A DNA stretch of 64,000 nucleotides from Octopus bimaculoides (lineage: Eukaryota), in NCBI RefSeq assembly GCF_001194135.2, contig NC_068985.1, positions 106,130,859-106,194,858 of the forward strand, in the 5' to 3' direction. The translations under genes were made by a program, and so were the position numbers. Below the pieces are notes generated by a model. That model ran no database searches, had not been told where the DNA came from, and saw nothing but the letters and a program-made list of their open reading frames with translations. Positions 49,397-62,771 of this stretch are shown in pieces; positions within the stretch are counted from its first letter, which is position 1, and the number at the start of each line of letters is the position of its first letter.

Positions 49397-49790
49397 TGGG
49401 GAGGCGCAATGGCCCAGTGGTTAGGGCAGCGGACTCGCGGTCATAGGATCGCGGTTTCTATTCCCAGACCAGGCGTTGTGGGTGTTTATTGAGCGAAAAC
49501 ACCTAAAGCTCCACGATGCTCCGGCAGGGTATAGTGGTGAACCCTGCTGTACTCTTCCACCACAACTTTCTCTCACTCTTACTTCCTGTTTCTGTTGTGC
49601 CTGTAATTCAAAGGGTCAGCCTTGTCACACTGTGTCACGCTGAATATCCCCAAGAACTACGTTAAGGGTACACGTGTCTGTGGAGTGGTCAGCCACTTGC
49701 ATGTTAATTTCATGAGCAGGCTGTTCCGTTGATCGGATGAACTGGAACCCTCGACGTCGTAAGTGACGGAGTGCCAACAACAACAACAAC
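49397..49790 (+). mobile_element. Full-length tRNA-derived SINE with (CAA)n tail and 13-bp TSD
   Basis: A-box TGGCCCAGTGG, B-box-like GGTTTCTATTCC; TSD gatgctcatttac at 49384-49396 and 49791-49803; CpGs retained. Confidence 0.9.
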
Positions 49791-50721
49791 GATGCTCATT
49801 TACAAGTATCACAATGATAAGGAGACACAAACACACACACACATCTGGTTACTACATGTACATGCCTTCTTCTTCTTCAGGGCATGCATGCATGTAGTAA
49901 CCATCTTCTTCAGGATATGTATGAGTGTAGTCATTCAAGTAAAACCTCACCAATCAAGACATGCTACTGCATCTGGAACAGTGCTTACTGTTATACACAC
50001 AAACATTCAAAACTGCACCAAAAAGAAAGCCATCTAATTGATTAGCAAATCTTTACTCACCAACACACTACAATATCTCACCCACAAACATACTGTCTCA
50101 CCTCTAAGCTTCTGTTCTTTGAACTAGTTGAATCCACACCACCTTTAAACAAACCCATCTGATACACCTGTTTTGCTTCTTCTCTTCATGCTGTACCTCT
50201 TCCCCAGCTCAACTCTAATCCCTATTCTAAATCTTTCTTCCTTATTGTGTCAACTTTCTGGAATTCCTTTCTTGCCTTCATTCCACATCCATCCCCTGTA
50301 GATGATGGCTTACAGTATTCAAGCTGAACATAAACCATATCAGTCTCATTGATCATGGTGGGTCTGTGAAGTTTATGAGCATCTACTCTTCTTCCTCCTA
50401 ACTAAAAAAAAAAGCATAAACTCAAAACTCCACAAAATTATGAACATACACATATGGTAATGGTAAGTTCCCACAAAATATTACAAGGCTTCTCACAAGA
50501 TGGGAAAAAACTCAGTAAGGTGTTCTGATATCACCATCGGCATCAACATCATCATTGTTTTAATGTATACTTTTCCATGCTTGCATGGGTCAAATAGAAT
50601 AGTAAAGTTTCTATATTGCTACTGAAGAAAGTGTCTGCTACAACAACACAAGATTTTCCACCAATAAATTCTACAGAACAGTTCCTAACACAAGGGGCAT
50701 TATTTATCACAACAGTCTTAC

Positions 50722-51294
50722 CATAATCATTGAGCTTCTTGATAAGTATGTTATACAAGGTATTCATGATAGTCACAGCAACAGCATAGACAATGCTGGG
50801 GAAACACATCATATTGGCATAATTCAGGTAACTTGGGTTGTTTTCATAGAGATGGTTTGCCCAATCCTGCATTTGGAAATACAATAACATCGCTTCAAAG
50901 GCAATGAGCAGGCATAACAATATAACTGGAACTGTGACACCATAAAATCGCAGTTGCCGTTTCCACTTAGGATAGACTGGCTCGGGATGGCCTGTCACAG
51001 GGTTGGTGCCTAAAACTCCATGGAAGCTTGGACGAGGTTCCTCAGTTTCTACAACTTCATTTAGGGTGCCCCATTTAAAAGTAAGTTCTGAACAGAATCG
51101 CTTCCAGAACTCTAAAAAGATGGTTGTCCAAATGAGGTTGAAAACAGCAAAGATGGCTTCTCGGTAAATGTTATTCCAGCTGGTGATTAAATAGATGATG
51201 CCAATGATAGCTGGAGCAATGAGAGCATAGGTGTAGACGATAAGGAACGAGAAGTAAAGGGCCAGTTTCTCTCCAAAGTAAGCTCTGATGTCAT
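50722..51294 (-). CDS. ANO10: Anoctamin-10 exon (TM1-TM4)
   Basis: ttacag|AT...G|gtaag, 573 bp open, phase 1-1. DIRAYFGEKLALYFSFL...FNLIWTTIFLEFWKR...EEPRPSFHGVLGTNPVTGHPEPVYPKWKRQLR...IMNTLY. The ORF track shows only the part from 50998. Confidence 0.97.
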
Positions 51295-52852
51295 CTGTAA
51301 TGAGAAAGGAAAAGATATGAATTGGTTACAGCTTGTGGAGAAATTAGTTTTTAAATTAAATAACTTTTTTTAAGACTCAATCAGAGGCAGGAAAATAGAA
51401 CCCATCAAATCTTTCAGGACATTCACAACACATAAGAAAAAGTTATGCACAGGCTGTAGACCTGGCTTAAATGCTTGCAGCTGAGTGAACTCTACTCAAG
51501 GCACCCAAGCTCAGGCATTGGTATCAACCATGATACAAATAAAAAAATCTACCTTCCATATCAGGAACTGTAAACTTTAATGAACTTCCATACAATTTCC
51601 ATCCACTAAATTTCACTTACAAGGCTTTGGTTGACAAAAAGCTATGTATGGCAGTAGATATTTTTCTGAAGGTATCTTGCAGTGAGATTGAACCAAAAAA
51701 GCAGAGCTGAAAATAAAACATGCTAACTACACACTCATGTATTGTGGATAAATGGTAGAAAAAATGCTTCCTAGTTATAGGGATAGAGTGATGTATTTCT
51801 CTTTAGCATTTAAACTAGCCATATCTGGTCCAAATATTCTACATGTTTCATGTTCAAACTGGCCAGATATAGCCTCTTACAATGTTGTTTTAAAAATAAG
51901 CAATAATATCATTGAAATCTTGAAGCTATGAGATAATTCATGTGAATAAATGAATATTACATTTGATAGAGTAATATGAATGCGTAAAGGACGTGTGTGT
52001 GTGTTTTGAAGAAGCCCTTTAAGCAAGCAATGAAAAATATATAAGATAATGACAATAAATAAAGGCATTGTCTTTATTTATTGACATTGTATCACCCTAC
52101 TTAGGTTTAATGGTTCTACTATATTTTGAGAAATCTTCCATTGTGAAGTCAGCTATGTAATAACATGAAATTAGTTATCCGATAGTAAGAATTCAAATAA
52201 AGTAGCCCTGAAAAGGGCTTTAATGTGTTCCCAGTGTATACAGAACTTAGGAGGATATACTGATAAGGTATGTATACTAAAATCGTGAAGCATGTTACGT
52301 AATAACAAGCTAATCAGATATGAGATAATAACAATTCAAATTAAATAACTCTGAAAAGGGCTTTTGTGCATTCCCAGAGAATATTACCCTCAGGGTCACT
52401 AGTGTTGGTATATTCGTGAATAAGTCACTAACCGAAATTAGTGGATCTATTGTTTAGGAAAATACTATTTACTTGTTTAAGGGTTGTACTGAATAAATTG
52501 CAAAAATAGCAGTTCAAATACAAAGAAATAAGCATACTCAATTTGATTTATACCAAATGGTTTAGGAAAATGAATGGGTTATTTCCCTTGGCCATTAAAA
52601 TCTGGATGGATGGGTTATTTCCCTTGGCCATTAAAATGAAATGTATTAGATATATATAAGTATCCCTTCCAGGGGCCCTATTATCTATTTTTCAACAATA
52701 TGAGTATGCCATGAGATTTCCAGACATGATTTCTACTCACGTGTCAAGTTTCATAAAAATTGATAAAATGATGCAGGAGGAGTTAGCTAACAACTCCACA
52801 AACACACCCACAGACAGAATTTTTCACATTTGTAGTAGATATATATACATAT

Positions 52853-52912
<60 letters not shown>

Positions 52913-53568
52913 TGTTGCTTGCTTGGACTTCTATACAATTAACTCTATTGATATTTTAGATACAAACTCGATAAGGCCAAAACAACTTGAAAGGAAAAAC
53001 AAAAGTGAACTACAAACAGATAGAACTTGTATTTCAGTATTTCAGGATTATGATCGCTTCCTTAGGAGATGTGGAGAAATTAGATACGGAATAAGTCATT
53101 GCTCAGATATCTTGGAGAGGATAGAGCCATGTGCTGACTTGTATGGTTATAATAGTCAGTCTGCTGTGGTAGTTCTTAGTCATGGCTGTTGTCAGTGTCA
53201 TGTAAATGATACCTGTGAAATCGTAGTTGTGGTCATTGCTGGTGTCATGTAACTGGCACCTGTGCTGGTGGCATGTAAAAAGCACCCAATACTCTCTTGG
53301 AGTGGTTGGCATTAGGAGAGGCATCACATGAGTGTTGTTACATAGCACCTGTATAAGTGCTTTTTAAGTGGCACCAGCACATGACTCATGCAGGCCAATC
53401 CAGGAGGAGTGGCCTTAACACTATTGGTGTGGAGGATGGGTCCTCCTGAACATAGCAAGGCATGAGCTATCTCAGTCCTTTTTCATCTCATCTGAGAGGG
53501 TCAGCATCCAGAGGCCATCCTTTAGTACTTTGTCCCATGTCTTCTTGAATTTCCCTCTTCCACGTGTT

Positions 53569-53653
<85 letters not shown>

Positions 53654-53732
53654 AGCAGCCGTACAAATGACATAAATGAATAACAGAATAGACTGATAAG
53701 AGAGACAGACAGCTTAATTATCAAATACTTAC

Positions 53733-53852
53733 CCATGGGTATCTGATGGAAGAAAGACTTCCAGTCCCAGCTGGTTTTTAAAAGTTTCAACTTTTCAATA
53801 TCATGAAGAGGGTACACATGCTCAATAATCCCAGCACTCTTGAACTTACGTA
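53733..53852 (-). CDS. ANO10: Anoctamin-10 exon
   Basis: tttcag|TA...G|gtaagt, 120 bp, phase 1-1. LRKFKSAGIIEHVYPLHDIEKLKLLKTSWDWKSFFHQIPM, with the anoctamin PLHD motif. Confidence 0.93.
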
Positions 53853-54208
53853 CTGAAATTAAAAGAGGTCAGTTATTTATTGTTAAGTGTGGTCAGTGCT
53901 GACAACTGAGGGTCAGTTTTGATGTTGGAGAAGAAGTGGGGATGTTTATTCAATGACAAACGAGCTGATTATTGATTGGGTGATTGATCAAGCAGACAGT
54001 GAGTTTGTGGCGTTACGAGCCAAGCTGTGTTGTAGGGAAGGATCGGAAGTGAGGGAGTAAGCATGTCCTGTCGGAAGTGGGGCCTGTGGATCCCACTGGA
54101 AGTGCCGCGGTGGACATGCGGCATCAGCAAAGCATGAGCGTTGAACCTTGGAGATCGAGATGGCACGTGGATGTTGAAAGTGACCCTTTTTCTGGATCAG
54201 CAGGTAAA

Positions 54209-54315
54209 ACTACCGTAATTCTCTCTTTGCTTCCGTCTTTTTTCCAAATTTTAAGCCCCCAAAATTAGGGGTTTCCTTATACATGAAAGTTCCTTATTCA
54301 TATCAAAATATGGTA
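54209..54315. mobile_element. Short pogo/Tigger-like MITE
   Basis: taccgtaatt ... aaatatggta termini; internal cccccaaaattagggg hairpin. Confidence 0.5.
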
Positions 54316-55689
54316 ATTGGTTAAATAGTTGATAAATAAGTCTATCAAATTTTAGCACAAGGCCAGGAGTTTTGAGGGGAGAGTGAAGTTGATTAGGTCA
54401 CCCCAAGGATGAACTATTTCTTATTTTATAAACGCTGAAAAAGTGAAAGGTAAAGTCTACCTTGGAAGCATTTGAACTCAGACTCTAAAGAGCTGAAAGA
54501 AATGCCAAATTAGTTGATTAATAATGATGGTTTCAAATTTTAGCACAAGGCCAGTAAGATCAGAGTTAGGGTAAGTCAATTATCCTGACACCACTATTCA
54601 ACTAGTACTTATTTTATCAACCCTGAAAAGATGAAAGGCTAAGTTGACCTTGGCAGAATTTGAACTCAGAATGTAATGACAGATGAAATGCCACTAAGCA
54701 TTTTGCCCTGCCTACTTATGATTCTGTCAGCTTACTGCCTTTATTTGATTAATAATGATAAAAAAAGTGAAATAGAACTGTGTTTCTTATTGGTCAAATG
54801 ACCCTTCCGAGATAGAACACACACACACATGTACACAAGGTTGTATCAAAAGTAATACAAAAGTGGACATAACTTTTTATTACATCAAGTTACATCTGTC
54901 GGTAGAACTGCTCAACATAGTCTCAATTGTAAGTGATGCATTTGTTTCATTGTTAAATCTCTTTGAATATATTTGATACAACACACACACACACACACAC
55001 ACACAAAGTTTGTTAAAAAGTCAAACCCACTTTTGTATTGCTTTTACTACAATGTGAAACCCATGTTTGCATTACTTTTCGGTACAATTCTTGTACACAC
55101 ACACATACACACATACAAACACACAAACACACGTACACAATACAAATCACACACACAGACATGCATGCATGCATGCACATATATACACACTCACAATAAT
55201 TTGCTAAAAAGTTAAGCCCAGTTTTGTATTAGTTTTGCTACAGCTATTATATGTACACACAAAAAGGTTAAGCTGATTTCTGCATTAATTTCAGGATATC
55301 TGCTGTTTGCACACACTGAAAAATTTCACTCATTTATGTATTGCTTTTAGTACAATCATTATACACACTCAGAAAAGTGAGGCCTATTTTTATTTCAAGT
55401 ACAACAATCGTATGTGCACACAGTTTGTTAAAAAGTTAAGCCCATTTTTACATTAGTTTTGGTACAGCAATCACACACACACTTCTGTAGTTTCACAGAC
55501 ACACACACAAGTATAAATATGTATGTACGTGTAAATATATAACCATATTCAGACACAAACTCTTTCTCTCTATCACTCTGTCTGTCTGTCTGTCTCTGTC
55601 TCTCTCTCTCTCACACACATGCACACACACACACACGCACAAACACATTGAAACAAATATACAGAAGGTTAGGAGTGGCCAGAACTTAC

Positions 55690-55827
55690 ATAAACTTTTG
55701 CCAGGGTAGAGTTTTGCATTTGGATATCCAGGAATATGGGTATCAGATTGCTGGGCACGAAGACCACAGAGATAGTGATATATTATCGTGATTTTCTCGG
55801 TATTGGAGAAGAATGAGCTGATGTCCT
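55690..55827 (-). CDS. ANO10: Anoctamin-10 exon
   Basis: ttgcag|AG...T|gtaagt, phase 1-1. DISSFFSNTEKITIIYHYLCGLRAQQSDTHIPGYPNAKLYPGKSL contains the ANO10 signature IPGYP.AKLYPGKS. Confidence 0.95.
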
Positions 55828-56374
55828 CTGCAATAAACAACAGAAGTATACATATACATACATACATATATATATATATATAAGAAGTAATTAAGATTCA
55901 GTTGAATTAGGTACTTAAGTTGAAGCAACAAGTCCGTCTGGTATTATCCACACAGCTTGAAGTAAGGTGAATAAAATCAAGATAAGTAACAGGATTTCAA
56001 GTAATAATGCAGTATGACCATTTGAAGTGGCTCCATTTAATTGAACAATGCAACCATTACATCAATTTTTAAATACAGCACTATTTTCAGCTGCACAAAT
56101 ATGGAATTTCAACAGACAAGACACATTACTATAATTTTTCTTAAATATTTTAACAGAGAAAGAGGATGGAAGAAGTTCACATTGTTGCTATTGTAGCAGG
56201 AATAGTTAAGAGAACAGACTACAACTTTTTAGAGTGGCATGGAACACAGTAGGGGCCATAGGGATGAAATCTATTTCCAATTTATTTATCTCCTTATCAT
56301 CAACTAAAATCTGAGACTAGAAGACTGTGTATATATAGAATAAATAGCAAAGTGAGTTGACAGCTCATGGCTGG

Positions 56375-56473
<99 letters not shown>

Positions 56474-57137
56474 CATATACACACACACATACATACATAT
56501 AGTTGCTATTATGTTAAACTGTCCTATGTCCAAATTTGGTCAAATGCTTTGTTTTCAATATTTTATTTTGCTTGCAATAACCGGTTCTTTTGGTCCAACT
56601 ATCGTATCTCCAGCTGCTTCAGATGAAAATTGTCAAAGAGTAGTACAACAGTTTAGCATTTTTCAAAAGTGTAGTAAGCCCCACATATCAGAGTTTTGCA
56701 AAAATATTTCTGACTGAAAATATCATATATGCATGGAGTTACGATTTTATGCATCAACAAAGTATTATTGTTAAGCTGAAACTGTTGCTAATTTAAAAAG
56801 AAATGGAATGGTGAAACTATTTTTTCGTTTTCTGAAAAGGCAATGTTTTAGACTTACAACACTTTTGCATAATAGCAACGATATATTTTGCTGTGTCTAG
56901 AGAGAACCATCATACCATGATTAAAAAAGAACCCAGTACATTCGGTAAAGTAGTTGGCGTTGGATAGGATATCCAGCCATAGAAACCATGCTAAAGTAGA
57001 CATTGGGGCTCCAGGCAGACCTCTGGCTTGTTGGTAACTGTAGAAGTGTCCAACCGTAGCAGCATGGCAAAAGAAACATTAGACAACAAAGGTGGTGATG
57101 ATAATGATAATAATGATGATGATGATGATGATGATGA

Positions 57138-57203
<66 letters not shown>

Positions 57204-57348
57204 AATATATATAGGTATATAAACTCACAGGCCTTCGACCTGTGATTAGTTAAANNNNNNNNNNNNNNNNNNNNNNNNNNNNNNNNNNNNNNNNNNNNNN
57301 NNNNNNNNNNNNNNNNNNNNNNNNNNNNNNNNNNNNNNNNNNNNNNNN

Positions 57349-57383
<35 letters not shown>

Positions 57384-58231
57384 GGGAAAAACAAGAAGAA
57401 AAAAATGAATTAGTAATTACATCTATTTATTTTCCATTTTCTTCTTGTTTTCCCCCCGATATTGATAATTTCAATAATCCTAAACATATATCAATGACTT
57501 TCGCATTATATGATATGGATTAAACCAGTGGAATACCTTGAATTATATAATCCCTAATTACGATATGACTTCCTCGAACTAACTCTGTGTGTGTGTCTGT
57601 GTCTGTGTGACTGTGTGTGTGTCTGTGTCTCTGTGTGTGTCTGCGTAAGAAGAGCACAAGTGGGATTTGAAATTTGGTAGCATTTTATTGATGCATTCAT
57701 AGATTACGTCATAGCATAAATCCACCATCTTCAGGTTAAATTTTAAACACGTATAAACAGGCAAGATAAAACTAGAAGATGGTCTCTTCACAAACTACTT
57801 GTTGATATGCCTAGATTCTAAAGGATCCTATAACCAATCTATACATCAATGAGCTGGCACCTATAACCACATCCAGAGAGCTCCTCAAATACTCAAATAT
57901 GGTATCTGGAATGTTGTGGCCTATTTTCAATATCTGTGAGTGCGTGTGCATATGTGTGCGTATAGTGTATCTTGTGTGTGAAAATTGATTTATGATTGAC
58001 ACGATTAAATTTAGAGCTCCATGCTCCATGTTGATTATCATCATCCACTCTGCTTCCAGTGCAGTGGTTAAGCAACTACTATACTCAGTAGTATTACTAG
58101 TTATGATACAGAGAACTAATGTAAGAGATAAACACAAGTATACATCATTAGTTCTTGTGTGGCTGTTTGGAAATTCTGCATTGGATGTGTCAAGAGCAAT
58201 TGGATGCTTAACCACAAAAAGTCATTGGGGA

Positions 58232-58286
<55 letters not shown>

Positions 58287-58627
58287 AGGAGAAAGGAGAG
58301 GAAGAGAGAGAAAGATAGAGCAGTATGTATAGTAAATAACTTACAAACCTTGTGTATTGCACACATATAGGCACAAAATATCTTTTTATGCAACCTCTCT
58401 GACAGTGTCTGAGAGTGAGTTTAGGTATCATCGTTAACTTCAACTATTCTATCTAAACTCAAACCTGTAGATGTACAAAACTGTGAGTGAAGTTTGTGGT
58501 ATTAATGTATACAATTGTATGCTAATTCATTTTTGGAACATCTCAAAGCACACAGATCATCATCATCATCATTATCATCACCATCACCATCATCACCACC
58601 ATCGTCATCACCACCACCACCACCACC

Positions 58628-58674
<47 letters not shown>

Positions 58675-60828
58675 TTAGCATCTGCTTTCCATGCTGGCGT
58701 GGATTAGATGGTTTGACTGGAACTGGTAAGCCAGAGAACTGCATCTAGTTCCAGTCTGATTTAACATGGTTTCTACAGCTGGATGCCCTTCCAAATGCCA
58801 ACCACTCCAAGTGTGTAATGGGTGCTTATGCTGTTATATATAGCTTTATGTGTATGTTTCGAGATAATTTACAAAAGAATACATTTGCAGTCTCTTGAAA
58901 GTTTATTTAATTCTCATGACATCAACAGTATACAATTCTTTTATTCTTTTATTCTTTTACTTGTTTCAGTCAGTTGATGTATAATTTTATTTTAAGTCTT
59001 GTATTTCCATTGTTTTGGGTTTTTTTTTCATGTTCTAGTGTTTTCTTGTGTTTATTGTTGTGTCTTTGTATTGGCGTTAATCAGCTAAACATGATTAAAA
59101 TATTTCACAGTTGTACTTGTTTGACGAGTGATTTGTGATGCAATGGAAGTGTGTTAATGACTAGGTTGCTGAAGCATGATGAAACTTTTTTTTGACACTT
59201 CATTGTAAAATGTATTAAAAAGAAATGTTTGAAAATGATTACTATGTTTTTGTACGTTTTTAAATGGCTAAAATACCTCTTTCATGATGTAATTATTAAG
59301 ATTAAAAAATATAATATATGCTGTTAAGATTTCACCAAAAGGAACCTAAGACAATAACTGATTGGCTAAATCTTAGATGTTCCTTACTGGCAGATAGTTC
59401 TAAATACTTCTAAATACCACATTGTTTTGCTAATTTATTTGTGTAACCTGTGACAAAGTTGATACTGCATAGGGAAATTGATAAAAAAAACTTGTGGGAA
59501 AGTAAAGCAAAGTTACACACAAATTGACAATGAAGACAATAGACAGTGAATAGAGCAGGGTGACTGTATTGCTGTTAGTCTTGTATACGCATACAAAAAA
59601 TGCCCTATATATACCAATGTCATGTAAATAGCTAACACAATGATAGACGATAATCAAGGATGTGACATCTGGCAGATCTTGGGAAGTAAAGACCAACACC
59701 ATTGGTAATTTATGGCATAACTAAGCACTCCTTTAAATTTGCATTTAATTAAAATATTTCTGTCCCAATGGAATTTTCGTTGGTCACCTGCTTTATATAA
59801 AAAAAATAATGTGGAAAAAAAAAAAAAAGAAATCCAGCAAACCTCTGAATATTTAGGAAGAGTAAAGTATGTAATCTAATAGAAGATTTGTTCTAATATT
59901 TCTGATAGAACATCAGAGTTGAAAAATAAATATGAAAATGCTTCATTTCCACCATAACTTGTTTCCAGACCTTCCTATATGCCTCTTCTACATTTTTCTT
60001 CACATCAATGACTTACAAAATTCAACACCTCCAATATATCAACCCATCCAAACATCTTTTCCTGTATTTCCACTGAATAGTAACTTACTTAGGAGTCAAA
60101 GGTATGGTTGCATTGCACCAAACAAACCATCAACTCTGTCCTTCATTCTGAAATTAGCATAAGCAAAAATAGTCTGTTAAATTTCAACTTAACCCTACCC
60201 TGTAATGCCATAATTAAAACATTGTATAAAGCAGTGATTTTTCAAACATTTTTTTTTATCTTCAGCACATGGAGTAAGGTACTAAAAGAGTAACAGCACA
60301 CCATTAGCTTTTAAGAAGTTTTACAATGTAAAAGAAAAAGTATTAAAACTGTTTTTAAACAGAGATATGTGCATGGTATAAAAACACACTCAAATATTAT
60401 GGCATTTTCCAACTCCTCACAGAACCATGCTGCACACTCTCATGATATATGTAGGATGCAAGTATGTTACAGTACTTTAGTTGAAAAACTCTGGTCTAGA
60501 GGCTGGAAATGTACCTGTCTGAGCCAGGTTTCCTTGTAGTGCTATCCATTACAAAGTCTCTTTGACACTGTGACATGTTCAACAGGAACTGTACTGAAAT
60601 CAAGTTCCTGACAGTAATTAGGATCTTATAGTGATCTATTATGTGACAGTTAAAGGTTGTGTGTGCAATACTTGTTTGGACAAAATGAAAACTCAGGCTA
60701 GTGACAGGAAGGAAATAATTCCTTCATTTTGAATTACATTTCAATCTCTAATAACAGGTTGAGAAGAAAGAATAATCTTCAACAATGTTTATTAATAACA
60801 ACCTAACATTTACATATATATATATATA

Positions 60829-61085
60829 TATTTATATGAAATCTTTGAATTCTCATCTTACAGCAATTTCGCAATTTCTTATACACACATAACATACATA
60901 AAACAAACTGTACCTATATATATATATATATATATATCATCATCATCATCATCAAACGATGATGATGATGATGATGATATATATATATATATATATATAG
61001 GTACAGTTTGTTTTATGTATGTTATGTGTGTATAAGAAATTGCGAAATTGCTGTAAGATGAGAATTCAAAGATTTCATATAAATA
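60829..61085. repeat. Near-perfect 257-bp palindrome
   Basis: Arms 60829-60953 and 60958-61085 are identical except for one extra GAT unit; 4-nt loop aaac. Confidence 0.95.
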
Positions 61086-61903
61086 CAGGACAGTCCCTGG
61101 TTACAACAAGAATAATTTCTTAGAGAGAAAGTTGAAGGATGAAAATTATTTTATTAAAAGTAGGTCTAAAGACATTTGGTCCCCAACTGCAATGAGAAAA
61201 GTTCTAACGGGTAGCTGAACTCCAGCCTTTCTATAAACTCACTAAAAAGTTCCAGAATATTCCATGGGCCCTTTTGGTGTAAAAATTAAATTTTCTTTTT
61301 TGTCTGTCAACACTTATCCAAAACTGGTGTTAAAAACAACTGGCTTGGAAAACAATGTCAGCAGGTATTATAATAGAGTTCAGTGATATAACCAAAATTA
61401 ACTCTGGTTAATATTTCGTGAATATATTAATCAGTATTGGCAATTATCTCTGGGTAACATTAATAAATATAGTATTTATTTGCTAGTGGTTTTGAGTTTC
61501 AAACTTAAACATTCAAGGTTCAAATTCAAGAAAGGCTATCTACTAAAAATTCAGTCTAGCCTATGTTCTTTTGTATTACAGTAACTTTACCATGGTACTG
61601 CTTAGATAGGTTTTACATTTCTGTTTACATTTTTGCTACAGACATCAGCCTACAGTAAATCAATGTGAACGTCAATGGCATCAACTTCATCAGTCCTGGA
61701 AAAACCTGCAAAAGCTATGAGCAGTACCACCTCTTCCAGACTAAAATGGAAAAAGAAAATGAAAAAACAAAACAATCTTGGCTGCAAAGTTAAATGTGTG
61801 GTTTGAGTTGAATACTTATCTAAACATTAACTCCAATACCAAATTGTCATCATAGTTAGAAAATAGTGTTTTAAATGCATGATTATTAAACATTTCTTGG
61901 TAC

Positions 61904-62039
61904 CTGCTCCTTGGAAGTTCTCCAGGTCATCAATGTTGAAATCTCTGTAATAACCATCATTGTACTTCTTCTTCAAGTCAAACAGTTCAGCTCCAAGTAA
62001 TAATTTCTCTGGAGTAGCACTCAAATAAAGCAACGTTTT
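61904..62039 (-). CDS. ANO10: Anoctamin-10 exon (N-terminal cytoplasmic domain)
   Basis: ttgtag|AAA...G|gtacc, phase 0 to 1. KTLLYLSATPEKLLLGAELFDLKKKYNDGYYRDFNIDDLENFQGA. Confidence 0.88.
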
Positions 62040-62494
62040 CTACAATAAACAAAAAGAAGTAGGTTTCGTTATTGTTTTCTCATATCTTCATATAAAATAT
62101 CAAAGGAGATAGGAACATAATAATGACAATAAGCAACATATCAAGGTTAAGTAGACCCAAGTGTCTTGTCTAAGGAATGAATACAACATTTGTGAAAAAT
62201 ATTGAGTCATACTAGGTCAGAGTTCAAAGTTTGTCCAATAGTGAAGACATGTATATTGTGTAATACGATAGAGAGGACGTGAGGTGTCATGTGGAAACTT
62301 CAGTTTCAAGATTCACATCCAAAAGACAAAGATAAAAGTGCTTGTAACAATATGATCAACAACCCTACAAAATCATGATGGGGAGCAAGTTCTTGGACCC
62401 TATATTCAACTGCCCTGGCTCTCTGTTACTCTACAGTTGAGTACGTAACCCCATATTCAAAAGATCTATAATAAAAAGCCAGCTCTAGTCCTTT

Positions 62495-62771
62495 AATGCT
62501 ACCTGCACTGACTCCTGTGCAGGTGGCACGTAAAAAACACCATTTGAGTGTGGCCGTTGTCAGAACCGCCTGACTGGCCCTCGTGCCGGTGGCATGTAAA
62601 AGCACTCACTGCACTCTCGGAGTGGTTGGCATTAGGAAGGGCATCCAGCTGTAGAAACTCTGCCAGATCAGATCGGAGCCTGGTGCAGCCATCTGGTTCG
62701 CCAGTCCTCAATCAAATCGTCCAACCCATGCTAGCATGGAAAGCAGACGTTAAACGATGATGATGATGATG
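62495..62771 (+). mobile_element. RTE-family 3' UTR copy with (GAT)n tail
   Basis: Two copies of the 65-bp unit, then gagtggttggcattaggaagggcatccagc...cgttaaacgatgatgat. Similar tails at about 2981-3190, 32280-32460, 42855-43025, 56930-57135 and 58556-58830. Confidence 0.85.

Noticed and set aside
57811-58215. 134-aa minus-strand ORF as an extra ANO10 exon
   Set aside because: The flanking exons (61904 donor, 55827 acceptor) already join in phase and match ANO10 continuously; the ORF crosses microsatellite.
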